NCBI GenBank assembly: GCA_963677485.1
Contig: OY781964.1
Coordinates: 4,480,001 to 4,544,000 of the forward strand
Length of the DNA stretch: 64,000 bases
Direction of reading: 5' to 3'
Source: Armatimonadota bacterium
GTDB lineage: Bacteria; Armatimonadota; HRBIN16
The position numbers and the translations under genes are program-made. The notes beneath the pieces were generated by a model. It saw nothing but the letters and a program-made list of their open reading frames with translations, was not told where the DNA came from and did not search any database. Below are positions 28,113 through 37,857 of this stretch, piece by piece (within the stretch, counting starts at the first letter, position 1; each line of letters begins with the position of its first letter).

Positions 28113-30533
28113 ATGGAGGCGTTCTACTTGGATAACGAACAAGAAAAGACAATTAACGTGAAGACCGAGGAATCGGCTGAGCGTATTGTAGATATACCTG
28201 AGATCATCAATATTCTCCCGCTTCGTGATACGGTCGCCTTTCCGATATTAATCGTTCCCGTGGCCGTAGGTCGTGAGGCCTCGGTGAAGCTTGTTGATGA
28301 TTCTGTGTCGTCTGGTAATCGGACGATCGGTGTCATCACTATGAAGGACCCCTCTGTGGAAAACCCCACGGTAGATGACATATACAACATCGGAACGGTT
28401 GTGGTTATCCGCATGATGGGCAAGATGCCTGACGGTATCCGTATGGTCGCCCAAGGATTAGTGCGGTTTGAGATCACAGAGGTACTGCAGACCAGTCCTT
28501 ACATTAGAGCACGGATTCGCACTATCGACGAAGAGCGGTTACCCTCAGACGCCACTCAACCTGAGGTGGAAGCACTCAAGCGCACGATGTTGAGCCTTTA
28601 TGAGCGGATTATCGCGCTCTCGCAAAACAATGGACCTGAGCTTGAAGCCACCGCCAACAACTCGCTGGATGCCAGCCTGCTGACGGACATGGTCGCTTCG
28701 CAGCTCAACATCAGTATCGCCGATAAGCAGACGATACTGGAAACATTCGATGTCAAAGAGCGTATGCGCAAGTTGATGAAGATGATGTCGCGTGAGCTGG
28801 AAGTACTGGAAATTGGCTCCCGCCTTCAAAGCGAAGTGCATACCGAAATGAACCGCTCGCAGCGTGAGTATTTCCTGCGCGAACAACTCAAGGCCATCCA
28901 GCGTGAATTGGGCGACGATGTGGACCGAACTCAGGAACTGGACGAGTTGCGCAAGAAGCTGGAAGAGGCCAACCCGCCTGAAGAGGCGATGGCTGAAGCT
29001 CAGCGTGAACTGGATCGCCTAAGCAGAATCCCACCTCAAAGCCCTGAATATACCGTGGCACACACCTATCTGGACTGGATGATTGATCTGCCGTGGAACA
29101 AGAGCACGAAGGACAATCTTGATATCGCCGCCGTCCGCAAGGTGCTGGATTCCGATCATTACGGGTTGGACAAAGTCAAAGAGCGTGTATTGGAATACCT
29201 GGCTGTTCGGAAGTTCCGCGGTGATGACGCGCTGCGGCAGCCGATCCTTTGCCTGGCCGGCCCTCCTGGAGTGGGTAAAACCAGCTTAGGTAAGAGCATC
29301 GCCAGAGCACTAGGACGCAACTTTGTGCGCATGTCATTGGGCGGCGTGCGGGATGAAGCGGAGATTCGTGGACACAGACGCACCTACATCGGCTCAATGC
29401 CTGGGCAGATCATCCAAGGCATCCGACGGGCAGGCAGTAACAACCCGTTGTTCATGCTGGATGAAATTGACAAGGTGGGTTCGGATTTCCGCGGTGACCC
29501 CTCATCGGCACTGCTTGAGGCCTTGGACCCTGAGCAGAACAGCACATTCCGTGACCACTATCTCGATGTGCCTGTAAACCTGGGTAAGGTTCTGTTTATC
29601 ACCACAGCCAATGTGCTGGACAGCATCCTGCCGCCGCTGCGGGACCGCATGGAGATCATCGAACTGATGGGTTATACCATGCAGGAGAAGGTCTACATCG
29701 GCAAGAACCACCTGATACCCAAGCAGATGAAAGAACATGGTCTGACTGGCAAGCACATACGCTGGAGTGATGGGGCGATCCGCGCCATCATTGAGGGCTA
29801 TACCCGCGAAGCGGGTGTGCGCAACCTGGAGCGTGAGATCGCTTCGGTCTGCAGGAAGGTTACCAGGCTTTTCGCTGAAGGGCGCGAAAAGATGATGTCG
29901 CTGAACCCGAAAATGGTGGAAGAGCTGCTGGGTGTGCCGCGCTTCGAGACGGAAGAGATATCCAAACGCACCGAGACACCCGGTGTGGCGATTGGTCTGG
30001 CCTGGACGCCTGTTGGCGGCGACGTGCTCTATATCGAAGCCGCGAAGATGGCCGGCAAGAAGGGCATGATCATCACTGGGCAACTGGGAGACGTCATGAA
30101 GGAGTCCACCCAGATAGCCTTGAGCTGGATCCGTGCCCATGCCGATACGTTCGGGCTAACACCGGATGTGTTTGAGAACAACGAGCTGCATGTCCATGTG
30201 CCAGCAGGAGCCATCCCCAAAGATGGCCCGTCGGCGGGTGTGACCATGACCACTGCGCTCGTATCGCTGTTGACCGGAGTTTGCGTGAAGCCTCGGCTAG
30301 CCATGACCGGTGAGCTAACCCTTAGCGGCAAGGTACTTCCGATTGGCGGGGTGAAGGAGAAAGTGCTGGCGGCCCATAGAGCCGGCGTCGACCACGTGAT
30401 CCTTCCTTCGCGTAACCGTAAAGACCTGATCGAGGATGTACCGGATGAGGTGCGCGACGCACTGCTTATCAGCTATGTAGACAACATAGATGAGGTTTTG
30501 CAGATCGCCTTGCCAGGATTGAAACTGGTTTAG
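28113..30533 (+). CDS. lon: ATP-dependent Lon protease
   Basis: GPPGVGKTS Walker A, LDEIDK, PKDGPSAG catalytic Ser, IGGVKEK. Confidence 0.97.
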   Translation: MEAFYLDNEQEKTINVKTEESAERIVDIPEIINILPLRDTVAFPILIVPVAVGREASVKLVDDSVSSGNRTIGVITMKDPSVENPTVDDIYNIGTVVVIRMMGKMPDGIRMVAQGLVRFEITEVLQTSPYIRARIRTIDEERLPSDATQPEVEALKRTMLSLYERIIALSQNNGPELEATANNSLDASLLTDMVASQLNISIADKQTILETFDVKERMRKLMKMMSRELEVLEIGSRLQSEVHTEMNRSQREYFLREQLKAIQRELGDDVDRTQELDELRKKLEEANPPEEAMAEAQRELDRLSRIPPQSPEYTVAHTYLDWMIDLPWNKSTKDNLDIAAVRKVLDSDHYGLDKVKERVLEYLAVRKFRGDDALRQPILCLAGPPGVGKTSLGKSIARALGRNFVRMSLGGVRDEAEIRGHRRTYIGSMPGQIIQGIRRAGSNNPLFMLDEIDKVGSDFRGDPSSALLEALDPEQNSTFRDHYLDVPVNLGKVLFITTANVLDSILPPLRDRMEIIELMGYTMQEKVYIGKNHLIPKQMKEHGLTGKHIRWSDGAIRAIIEGYTREAGVRNLEREIASVCRKVTRLFAEGREKMMSLNPKMVEELLGVPRFETEEISKRTETPGVAIGLAWTPVGGDVLYIEAAKMAGKKGMIITGQLGDVMKESTQIALSWIRAHADTFGLTPDVFENNELHVHVPAGAIPKDGPSAGVTMTTALVSLLTGVCVKPRLAMTGELTLSGKVLPIGGVKEKVLAAHRAGVDHVILPSRNRKDLIEDVPDEVRDALLISYVDNIDEVLQIALPGLKLV

Positions 30534-30551
30534 GTCAAGCGGAGAATCGAC

Positions 30552-30584
30552 AAAGGCCCGGGGCAAATGCTCCGGGCCTTTTTT
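30552..30584 (+). terminator. Intrinsic terminator after lon
   Basis: AAAGGCCCGGGGC...GCTCCGGGCCTTT followed by a T run. Confidence 0.85.
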
Positions 30585-30706
30585 GTATGTGTGGCATCTT
30601 GTGTCATGATGCCTGATACGAGTATGATAGGAATAAGTCCAGAGGTCATTCTGGGCCGATGAGCCATACCAGCAGTAGCAATTTTACTTTATCTTCGGGG
30701 AGCGAT

Positions 30707-32356
30707 ATGAACGCAATCACACAGAATCTGGTGGCTGAATGGTCATTCATAAGCTGCAAGAAATACACAGATCCTTTCAACGATGTTACTCTTGATGTGG
30801 TGTTCACCAGTGACACCCGAGAGATCACGGTTCCTGCATTCTGGGCGGGGGATGGCATCTGGCGAGTCAGGTTCTCGTCATCTGAAATCGGATGCTACAA
30901 ATATCGGACGGTCCGCTCCGACGAATCGAACTCCGAGCTGCACAACCTACAAGGCGAGTTTGAAGTCACCCCCTACAAGGGTGATAACCCACTGTATACG
31001 CATGGCCCCATCGAAGTCGCACCAGATGGCAGGCACTTTCAGCATAAGGACGGCACCCCGTTCCTGTGGCTGGCAGACACCTGGTGGATGGGCTTCACAA
31101 CCCGCCTAAGTTGGCCGAAGCAGTTTCAGAACCTTGTCATTGACAGAGCGGAGAAGGGCTTCAGTGTAGTTCAGATTGTGGCGGGCCTGTATCCCGACAT
31201 GCCGCCGTTCTACCCGGGTGGTGCCAACGAGGCTGGATTCCCCTGGACAGAAGATTACGGTCAGATCAACCCGGATTACTTCGACTATGTAGACCGCCGT
31301 ATAAACTACCTCATCGACACCGGTATTGTCCCCTGCATATTCGGCTGCTGGGGTTACTTCGCTAAGTTCATGGGTGTGGAGAAGCTGAAGGACCATTGGC
31401 GGTATCTGGTGGCCCGGTATGCGGCTTACCCGGTGGTATGGTCATTAGCCGGTGAGGGGGTGCTGCCGTATTACACCGACCCTCTGTGGGGTCAGTGGGA
31501 TAAGTATACGCCTGGCGCCAAAGCCGACTGGACCGAGATCGCCCGTTATGTTCACGCCATCGAACCGTATGGCCGGCTGATGAGCATCCACCCGCCGTGT
31601 TACGGCAGCACGGAACTGTGTGGCCACAACATGCTGGAGGACCGTTCGCTGGTGGACTTTGACATGCTCCAAACGGTCCATGGAAGTATGAACAACGGGT
31701 ATCATTCGGTGATGAACGTGAGATATGCTCGCAGTCTGGAGCCTGCCATGCCGGTGCTGCAATCGGAAGGGTTTTATGAGGGCATTCTCGAGCAGGGGCG
31801 TGAGGAGACACAGCGATGGTTCTTCTGGAGCTCGATACTCTCTGGTGCGGCGGGTCACACTTATGGCGCGAACGGCATCTGGCAGTTAAACACCAAAGAG
31901 GAGCCGTTCCGCGGCAACCCGATAAACAGCAACTGGGGTGATACCCCGTGGGATGTGGCCGCACAACTGCCCGGTGGGAAGCAGGTCGGTATCGGCAAGA
32001 AGATTCTCGAAGACTACGACTGGTGGCTGCTGGAACCGCATCAAGAGTGGGTGCCGGCGGTTCCGTCACCGCATTCGTGGGTGCCGGAGGGCTACGCCAA
32101 TGCGATGCAGCCCTACGCGGCGGGCATTCCTGGCAAGCTGCGGATGATCTACACTGTGTTGAACGATGTCTACATCGGGCTCGCCGCTGTGCATGAAATG
32201 GAGCCTGGTGTCGTGTACAGCGCCACTTATGTCAACCCCAGCAGCGGACAACGGCACGAGATAGGGGATATATGCGGTGATGCCGATGGTCGCTGGATAC
32301 CCACACAGCCGCCCAGCAACCGCGACTGGCTGATTGTGATGGTCGCGAAGGGGTAA
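30707..32356 (+). CDS. DUF5060/DUF4038 apiosidase-like glycoside hydrolase
   Basis: PAFWAGDGIWRVRF, DGTPFLWLADTWW, WSLAGE, GAAGHTYGANGIW motifs. Confidence 0.8.
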   Translation: MNAITQNLVAEWSFISCKKYTDPFNDVTLDVVFTSDTREITVPAFWAGDGIWRVRFSSSEIGCYKYRTVRSDESNSELHNLQGEFEVTPYKGDNPLYTHGPIEVAPDGRHFQHKDGTPFLWLADTWWMGFTTRLSWPKQFQNLVIDRAEKGFSVVQIVAGLYPDMPPFYPGGANEAGFPWTEDYGQINPDYFDYVDRRINYLIDTGIVPCIFGCWGYFAKFMGVEKLKDHWRYLVARYAAYPVVWSLAGEGVLPYYTDPLWGQWDKYTPGAKADWTEIARYVHAIEPYGRLMSIHPPCYGSTELCGHNMLEDRSLVDFDMLQTVHGSMNNGYHSVMNVRYARSLEPAMPVLQSEGFYEGILEQGREETQRWFFWSSILSGAAGHTYGANGIWQLNTKEEPFRGNPINSNWGDTPWDVAAQLPGGKQVGIGKKILEDYDWWLLEPHQEWVPAVPSPHSWVPEGYANAMQPYAAGIPGKLRMIYTVLNDVYIGLAAVHEMEPGVVYSATYVNPSSGQRHEIGDICGDADGRWIPTQPPSNRDWLIVMVAKG

Positions 32357-32480
32357 GAAGATCACGTTAGTGTAAAGCCGAGATATATGTGTCATCGCGA
32401 CAACTATGTCTCGGCTCATTGGCGGTATGCTCTATGGTTCCATAAAAACGGCAACGCCCCCAGCGAACTGGAGGCGAAAG

Positions 32481-32554
32481 TGGTTGCCCGGCATGGATTC
32501 GAACCACGATTAACAGGGCCAGAACCTGTCGTCCTGCCGTTGAACGACCGGGCA
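32481..32554 (-). tRNA. tRNA-Gln(CTG)
   Basis: Cloverleaf TGCCCGG...ACAGG-TT-CTG-GC-CCTGT...GGTTCGAATCC...CCGGGCA-A-CCA. Confidence 0.95.
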
Positions 32555-32566
32555 TCGGCACTGAAT

Positions 32567-32595
32567 ATGATATCAATATCGGGGGCGTTTGTCAA
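32567..32595 (-). promoter_or_regulatory. tRNA promoter
   Basis: TTGACA-N17-TATCAT just upstream of the tRNA. Confidence 0.65.
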
Positions 32596-32702
32596 ATTGG
32601 CCATTAGTATTCAAAAATGCAGCCTTCATGAACAACGCAGATCAGTTCAGCCGTTATTCCGGGTATGATAGTATTACGTGAACCCCACCAAGGAGAAAAG
32701 AC

Positions 32703-33146
32703 ATGCTAAACGAATTCAAAAGCTTCATCGCCAAGGGAAATGTCATGGACCTGGCAGTCGGCGTGATCATCGGCGGCGCATTCGGTAAGATCGTCTCCTC
32801 GCTTGTCTCTGACATGTTGATGCCGCTGATTGGCCTTGTGATGGGCAAAGTCAGTTTTGCCAATTTGTTCCTAAGTCTTGATGGCAACTCATATAAGACC
32901 ATTGAGGCTGCAAAAGCGGCGGGTGCCGCCACTCTGAACTACGGCCTGTTCCTGCAGGCATTGATCGACTTTCTAATCATCGCAGCGGCTGTGTTCCTGA
33001 TCGTCAAGGCACTGAATAAGGTGCAAAAACCTGCCGCACCAGCCCCACCAGCTCCTGTGACGACCAAGAAGTGTCAGTACTGCTATTCAGAGATACCGCT
33101 AGAGGCGACCAAATGCGCTCACTGCACATCGCAGCTCAGTGAATAA
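32703..33146 (+). CDS. mscL: Large-conductance mechanosensitive channel with C-terminal zinc ribbon
   Basis: [30 protein letters not shown]; CQYC...CAHC tail. Confidence 0.95.
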   Translation: MLNEFKSFIAKGNVMDLAVGVIIGGAFGKIVSSLVSDMLMPLIGLVMGKVSFANLFLSLDGNSYKTIEAAKAAGAATLNYGLFLQALIDFLIIAAAVFLIVKALNKVQKPAAPAPPAPVTTKKCQYCYSEIPLEATKCAHCTSQLSE

Positions 33147-33161
33147 CTCAGCTTCATTAAG

Positions 33162-35660
33162 TTGAATTTCGCATATACAGAGTTTGCACAGGCGGGACTG
33201 TCCGAGTATGGTCCTGCCTGGATGTGGATATGGAACGATGTGCTGACCGAGGAGAAACTCCGCTTCGAAGTGGGTGATATGCATTCCCGCGCTCCGGGCA
33301 CGTTGATGCCAGTTCCTGAACCGAAGGAGTTTCGGCCGGATAGCATGGTGACTCGCCTCTCCCCGGAGTATCTGGGCGAGGATTACATGGCCATGTATCG
33401 CACCATGGTAGAGCAGACGAAACGGCTGGGCAGTCAGGTATGGATATATGACGAAGGCGGCTGGCCTTCAGGGACGGTCTGCTGGAGTCTACCCGCCAAA
33501 TATCCGAAATTCCGCAGTCAGTTTATCGTTCAGCAGCAGATCAGCCCACAGCCAGAAGAACGCGTGCTGATACCCGCCGATTGCTTGTGCGCCTTCACGG
33601 TGACCGAAGCGAAGACATACACCAAGCTTAGCCCAGGCTCTAAGCTCATCGCCAGGAACGAAACCGACCGAATACTCATTTACCATATCGGCACGGATCC
33701 ACACTATACGGACCTTCTCAACCCACAAGCTACGCAGTTATTCATCGATCTGGTGCATGAGAAGTATAAGGCTGCGATCAGCGACCACTTCGGTGATACG
33801 GTCACCGCGGTGTTCAGTGATGAACCCAAAATGGCCGTCCCCCCGTGGACGAACGGTTTAGCCAAGCTGTTTAAAGAGCGAAGCGGATATGATCTTCGCG
33901 ACAGGCTATATGCACTTTTCGAGGGCGATGAACACGAACAAAGGCAGGTTCGTGTGGATTACACCGACCTGATATCCGAGCTGTGGTCACAAACCTACTT
34001 TGGGATGATCCAAAATTGGTGTCGACAGAACCATCTGGAGTTTGTGTGTCATCTGGACAATGATCAGGACCTGGCCAGCCATGCCAGGCATAACGGGAAT
34101 CCGATGCGTCAGTACCGGCAGATGGATATCCCTGCGGTGGATGTGATTTGGCGGCAGATCTTCCCCGGAAATCCAACTGACTATTTCCCGAAGTTCGCTG
34201 CCAGTGTGGCTCACCAGCAGGGCAAGCCAAGGGTCTGCTCAGAGACATTCTGTGTGTACGGTAATGGGTTAACACCAGCACAAATGAAGTGGATACTGGA
34301 CTACCAGTTTGTCCGGGGTGTGAACTGGTTCATGCCGGGTGTCTACCAGTATTCCACGCAGGAGTTCTTCCAGGCGGGTGAACGTCCGATTTTTGGACCT
34401 GGTGACCCCCTCTGGAAGCATCTGGGTGGGTATTTCGACTATGTGACGCGACTGAGCTATCTGCTGACCCGCGGCGTGCCGGATGTATCGATCGCCTTAT
34501 ATGCTCCGTTCAGGGACATCTGGGCTGGTACGCAGTCGGGTGACCCTACCGACCAGATCGCCGTGAAACTTCTTGAGTCGCAGTGCGACTTCGATTTGGT
34601 CGATGATGATGCACTGGGTGATCCGGCTGCGGTCGCTAACGGTCGGCTCACCGTAGGCGCGATGAGCTACGACACAGTCGTAGTGCCTCAGTGCGAATGG
34701 ATGAGTGCTCCTGCGGTCGCTAAACTTCAACAATTTGCGGCATCAGGTGGGCGTGTGCTGTGGGTTGGCGATGAGGTGCCCAGTCACACCGGCTACACTC
34801 AAATATCTCTGTCAGAGATATCAAGCCACGTCAAGCCTGTTGTTAGAATCACGGCCGGTAATGACAAACTGCGCGTCTGTAGACGACGACTGGACGATGG
34901 GAGCCTGTATTTCATCACGAATGAGCACACAGAAGAGATCCGCACCACGCTGGAGTTCGATGAGACTTGCTCGCCCGTTATATTAGATGCTGAAACCGGC
35001 AGTTGCTGGAAGCCACAGAGGACATCGTATGAAGATGGTCGGTGGACCATGCCGTTGACTCTGCCGTTTGCTGGCTCTTGTGTGGTGATGTTCACTGAGC
35101 GGGATTTGCCGGTGACTGATGAATCTGCGCAACCTGGGGAAGATATGCAGTCGCTGGATAGCGGCTGGAGCTGTCGGAAGCTGAAGTCACATGCCCTGGG
35201 TAACCTTGATTACGATGTGACGGAGCTGCCCAACGAGCCTTATGTGGCGGCATCTCTGGGTGACTGGCAGGATGTATTTGGTGCTGATTTCTCCGGCGAT
35301 GGGGAGTACAGCATCGATTTCGAGTGCGATGGTGCTGTGGCAAGCCAGGCTTGTGTGCTGGATTTGGGCGATGTCCGTTATGTGTGCGAGGTGGTGTTGA
35401 ATGGTGAATCGCTTGGTGTGCGGCTGTGGCCGTCGTGGACCTTCAACATCGCAGGTAGACTAAAGAAGGGATTCAATATTCTCAAAGTGATCGTGACCAA
35501 CACACTGGCGAACCAGTATGTCTATAGTCATCAGCTTGACGGCTATGCCAGTAAGTACCTCGGCAGTTACCACCAGCGCGCATTAGCATTTGAACGTGAG
35601 TCAGTGAGCAGCGGATTATATGGACCTGTTGCGATCTGTACGACACAAATACCCGAGTGA
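33162..35660 (+). CDS. GH106-like glycoside hydrolase (alpha-L-rhamnosidase family)
   Basis: IYDEGGWPSG, FSDEP, ASVAHQ.G...SETF, C-terminal LDLG...LNG...V.NT...SGL.GPV. The TTG start is uncertain. Confidence 0.75.
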   Translation: MNFAYTEFAQAGLSEYGPAWMWIWNDVLTEEKLRFEVGDMHSRAPGTLMPVPEPKEFRPDSMVTRLSPEYLGEDYMAMYRTMVEQTKRLGSQVWIYDEGGWPSGTVCWSLPAKYPKFRSQFIVQQQISPQPEERVLIPADCLCAFTVTEAKTYTKLSPGSKLIARNETDRILIYHIGTDPHYTDLLNPQATQLFIDLVHEKYKAAISDHFGDTVTAVFSDEPKMAVPPWTNGLAKLFKERSGYDLRDRLYALFEGDEHEQRQVRVDYTDLISELWSQTYFGMIQNWCRQNHLEFVCHLDNDQDLASHARHNGNPMRQYRQMDIPAVDVIWRQIFPGNPTDYFPKFAASVAHQQGKPRVCSETFCVYGNGLTPAQMKWILDYQFVRGVNWFMPGVYQYSTQEFFQAGERPIFGPGDPLWKHLGGYFDYVTRLSYLLTRGVPDVSIALYAPFRDIWAGTQSGDPTDQIAVKLLESQCDFDLVDDDALGDPAAVANGRLTVGAMSYDTVVVPQCEWMSAPAVAKLQQFAASGGRVLWVGDEVPSHTGYTQISLSEISSHVKPVVRITAGNDKLRVCRRRLDDGSLYFITNEHTEEIRTTLEFDETCSPVILDAETGSCWKPQRTSYEDGRWTMPLTLPFAGSCVVMFTERDLPVTDESAQPGEDMQSLDSGWSCRKLKSHALGNLDYDVTELPNEPYVAASLGDWQDVFGADFSGDGEYSIDFECDGAVASQACVLDLGDVRYVCEVVLNGESLGVRLWPSWTFNIAGRLKKGFNILKVIVTNTLANQYVYSHQLDGYASKYLGSYHQRALAFERESVSSGLYGPVAICTTQIPE

Positions 35661-35695
35661 CCAGACATTCTATTATAGTAAAGGCGGTACGATGA

Positions 35696-37507
35696 ATGTC
35701 TCAACATTCACGGTCAGCATGTATCATAGCCATTCTTTCATTGTCAATGTTTGCATCTGCTCAGAAAATGGCACCGATCAACCCGAGTTTAGCTAGGATC
35801 GAGAGCCGAGTAGCTACTGGATTGATGCCATCTGCTGTGATGTTGCCGCCCTACAAGCCCAATATGCATACTCTGGCAGTCTACCCCAGCAGTTACGATC
35901 TCCGCACGCTGGGTAAGAGTTCTCCCGTGCGCGACCAGGGATATGCTGGCACATGTTGGGCGTTTGCCTCATATGGTTCGATGGAAGGCTGCATGCGACC
36001 CTCAGATACCACTGACTTGTCTGAGATGAATATGGCGAACAGGCACGGCTTTGATGTGCCGAAGGATTGGGGAGGCAACCGGGATATGGCCACCGCCTTT
36101 CTAGCGCGGTGGGATGGGCCGGTCATGGAGTCTGATGACCCCTATCTTGACACTCGTCAGGTCTCTCCAAATACATTCCCGCAATATGGACATATGCAGG
36201 ATGCGATATGGCTGCCACCCAGAAGCTCGTCCACAGATAACGACATTGTGAAGCATTGTATTCTCACATATGGACCTGTGGCGGGTGATTTTTTCTACAA
36301 TCCGGATAACTACACTAGCTCAACATCAAGCATCTACAGTGACGCGGTGAATGAGGGTAACCATGCAGTGACCTTTGTGGGCTGGGATGACAACTACAGC
36401 CGCACGAATTTCAAGGCCGCCAGCGGAATGCCCCCCGGTGATGGGGCCTTTCTATTTCGGAATAGCTGGAGTGACGACTGGGGTCAGGCTGGTTACGCAT
36501 GGATCAGTTACTATGACCGCAACCTGCTTCAGTGGGCATGGTGCTATCCACCTTTGCAACCGGAAGCTAACTACCGGCACATCTACCAGTATGACAGGCT
36601 GGGCTGGACCCGGAACTTCGGATATGATTCCGACACGGCATATGCGGCGGCGATCTTTCCTGCAGTCGCTACCGAACAGATTGAGTCTGTAGCATTTTAC
36701 ACCCCTGTGGTCAACACGAAATATCAGATTAAGCTGTATCTCGATCCAGCTGATACGCCATTGACAGGTGAGGAGTATGGTGTCACAACTGGCCTCATCG
36801 ATTTGCCAGGCTACCACACGGTCGTGCTTTCGTCACCTGTGCCTGTCATCAAAGGTCAGAAGTTCTCCGTTGTGGTCAAACTGGTCACACCAGATTATAA
36901 GTTCCCCATACCATTTGAAGATTATGTGGTTGATTATTCTGTGAATATCAACGCCAACCCAGGGGAAACTTACACAAGCGCAGATGGCATGACGTGGCGT
37001 GATGTCACGATAGATGCCCCCAAAGCTAGCGTGTGCCTCAAGGCGTTTGGTAAACCGGCAGGACTTACCCGCACGATATCAGGGCAGATTGACCTGGGTG
37101 AGAACCTGGGATACCTGCCGTATGTCAATCTACAGGCTCAAATCAGACGCACCGATGTATCGGGTGACACCGTCAGTACTCCACTCTTACGGCACCTGAA
37201 TGGGGAGTACCGTATCGACTGGGTGCCGGCTGGCACCGTCAGCATGCGAGTCTCCGGCTGCCATTACTGTGCCGCTACAGCCACTGGTCTGGGCACCAAG
37301 ACTGGTGACGTGGTGACAGGTTTTTCCTTGATCAATGGCGACGCCGATGGGGATAACCAGGTGAACCTGTTTGATTTGATGGTGCTTGACAGCCATTTCG
37401 GGAAATCTGACGGCATGGCCGATCTGAATGGCGACGGCATGGTCAACCTGTTCGACTACGTGGTGATAGACCAGAATTTCGGAAGTCAGGGCAGCCTGTC
37501 ACTATAA
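35696..37507 (+). CDS. Papain-like C1 peptidase plus lectin-like domain plus C-terminal dockerin-like module
   Basis: RDQG..GTCWAF, NHAV, RNSW catalytic motifs; YQYD...CLKAF lectin-like domain; GDADGDNQVNLFD repeats. Confidence 0.88.
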   Translation: MSQHSRSACIIAILSLSMFASAQKMAPINPSLARIESRVATGLMPSAVMLPPYKPNMHTLAVYPSSYDLRTLGKSSPVRDQGYAGTCWAFASYGSMEGCMRPSDTTDLSEMNMANRHGFDVPKDWGGNRDMATAFLARWDGPVMESDDPYLDTRQVSPNTFPQYGHMQDAIWLPPRSSSTDNDIVKHCILTYGPVAGDFFYNPDNYTSSTSSIYSDAVNEGNHAVTFVGWDDNYSRTNFKAASGMPPGDGAFLFRNSWSDDWGQAGYAWISYYDRNLLQWAWCYPPLQPEANYRHIYQYDRLGWTRNFGYDSDTAYAAAIFPAVATEQIESVAFYTPVVNTKYQIKLYLDPADTPLTGEEYGVTTGLIDLPGYHTVVLSSPVPVIKGQKFSVVVKLVTPDYKFPIPFEDYVVDYSVNINANPGETYTSADGMTWRDVTIDAPKASVCLKAFGKPAGLTRTISGQIDLGENLGYLPYVNLQAQIRRTDVSGDTVSTPLLRHLNGEYRIDWVPAGTVSMRVSGCHYCAATATGLGTKTGDVVTGFSLINGDADGDNQVNLFDLMVLDSHFGKSDGMADLNGDGMVNLFDYVVIDQNFGSQGSLSL

Positions 37508-37518
37508 AGATGCAATAA

Positions 37519-37556
37519 AGGCCATCGTGTCCCATGCCTATGGGCATCGATGGCCT
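37519..37556. terminator. Hairpin downstream of the peptidase gene
   Basis: AGGCCATCG..CCCAT/ATGGG..CGATGGCCT. Confidence 0.45.
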
Positions 37557-37597
37557 ACTGCGCGAGCCTGTCAGGGTCAGCTTGTGAGTAACATTTT

Positions 37598-37767
37598 GTT
37601 GCCTATGTCCGGGGCGGTCTGTCATTACACCTGCGGAGGCCACTGTTTATAGACCGCGCCGGTCTCGTTCCTGACACATATCTATCAGGGCTATCCGCCA
37701 GACCGGCGCGGTCTCGAGCCTTCTGCTACCGCTATCCTACGCACAGACCGCCCCGGACATAGGCAAC
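37598..37767 (-). repeat. Nested-palindrome dispersed repeat, copy 1
   Basis: Perfect 25-bp outer inverted repeat GTTGCCTATGTCCGGGGCGGTCTGT and 15-bp inner inverted repeat AGACCGCGCCGGTCT. Confidence 0.9.
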
Positions 37768-37857
37768 GCTTGGCGAACAGCCATTCGCATATCCCATATC
37801 GCCTCAACGTGACACGTGAGTTACGGTCTGGGCTGCCGTGATAGCACGGGCAGGTGC

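Noticed and set aside
23959-30533. asd-dapA-rnj and hsp20-lon gene order
   Set aside because: Familiar conserved arrangements, not novel.
30600-32480. Island integrated at the tRNA-Gln 3' end
   Set aside because: No integrase and no duplicated tRNA 3' end were found.
33060-33146. Zinc ribbon on MscL
   Set aside because: A commonly seen MscL C-terminal variant.
37598-37767. Repeat/spacer look suggesting a CRISPR array
   Set aside because: The units are inverted rather than tandem direct repeats, spacing is irregular, and there are no cas genes.
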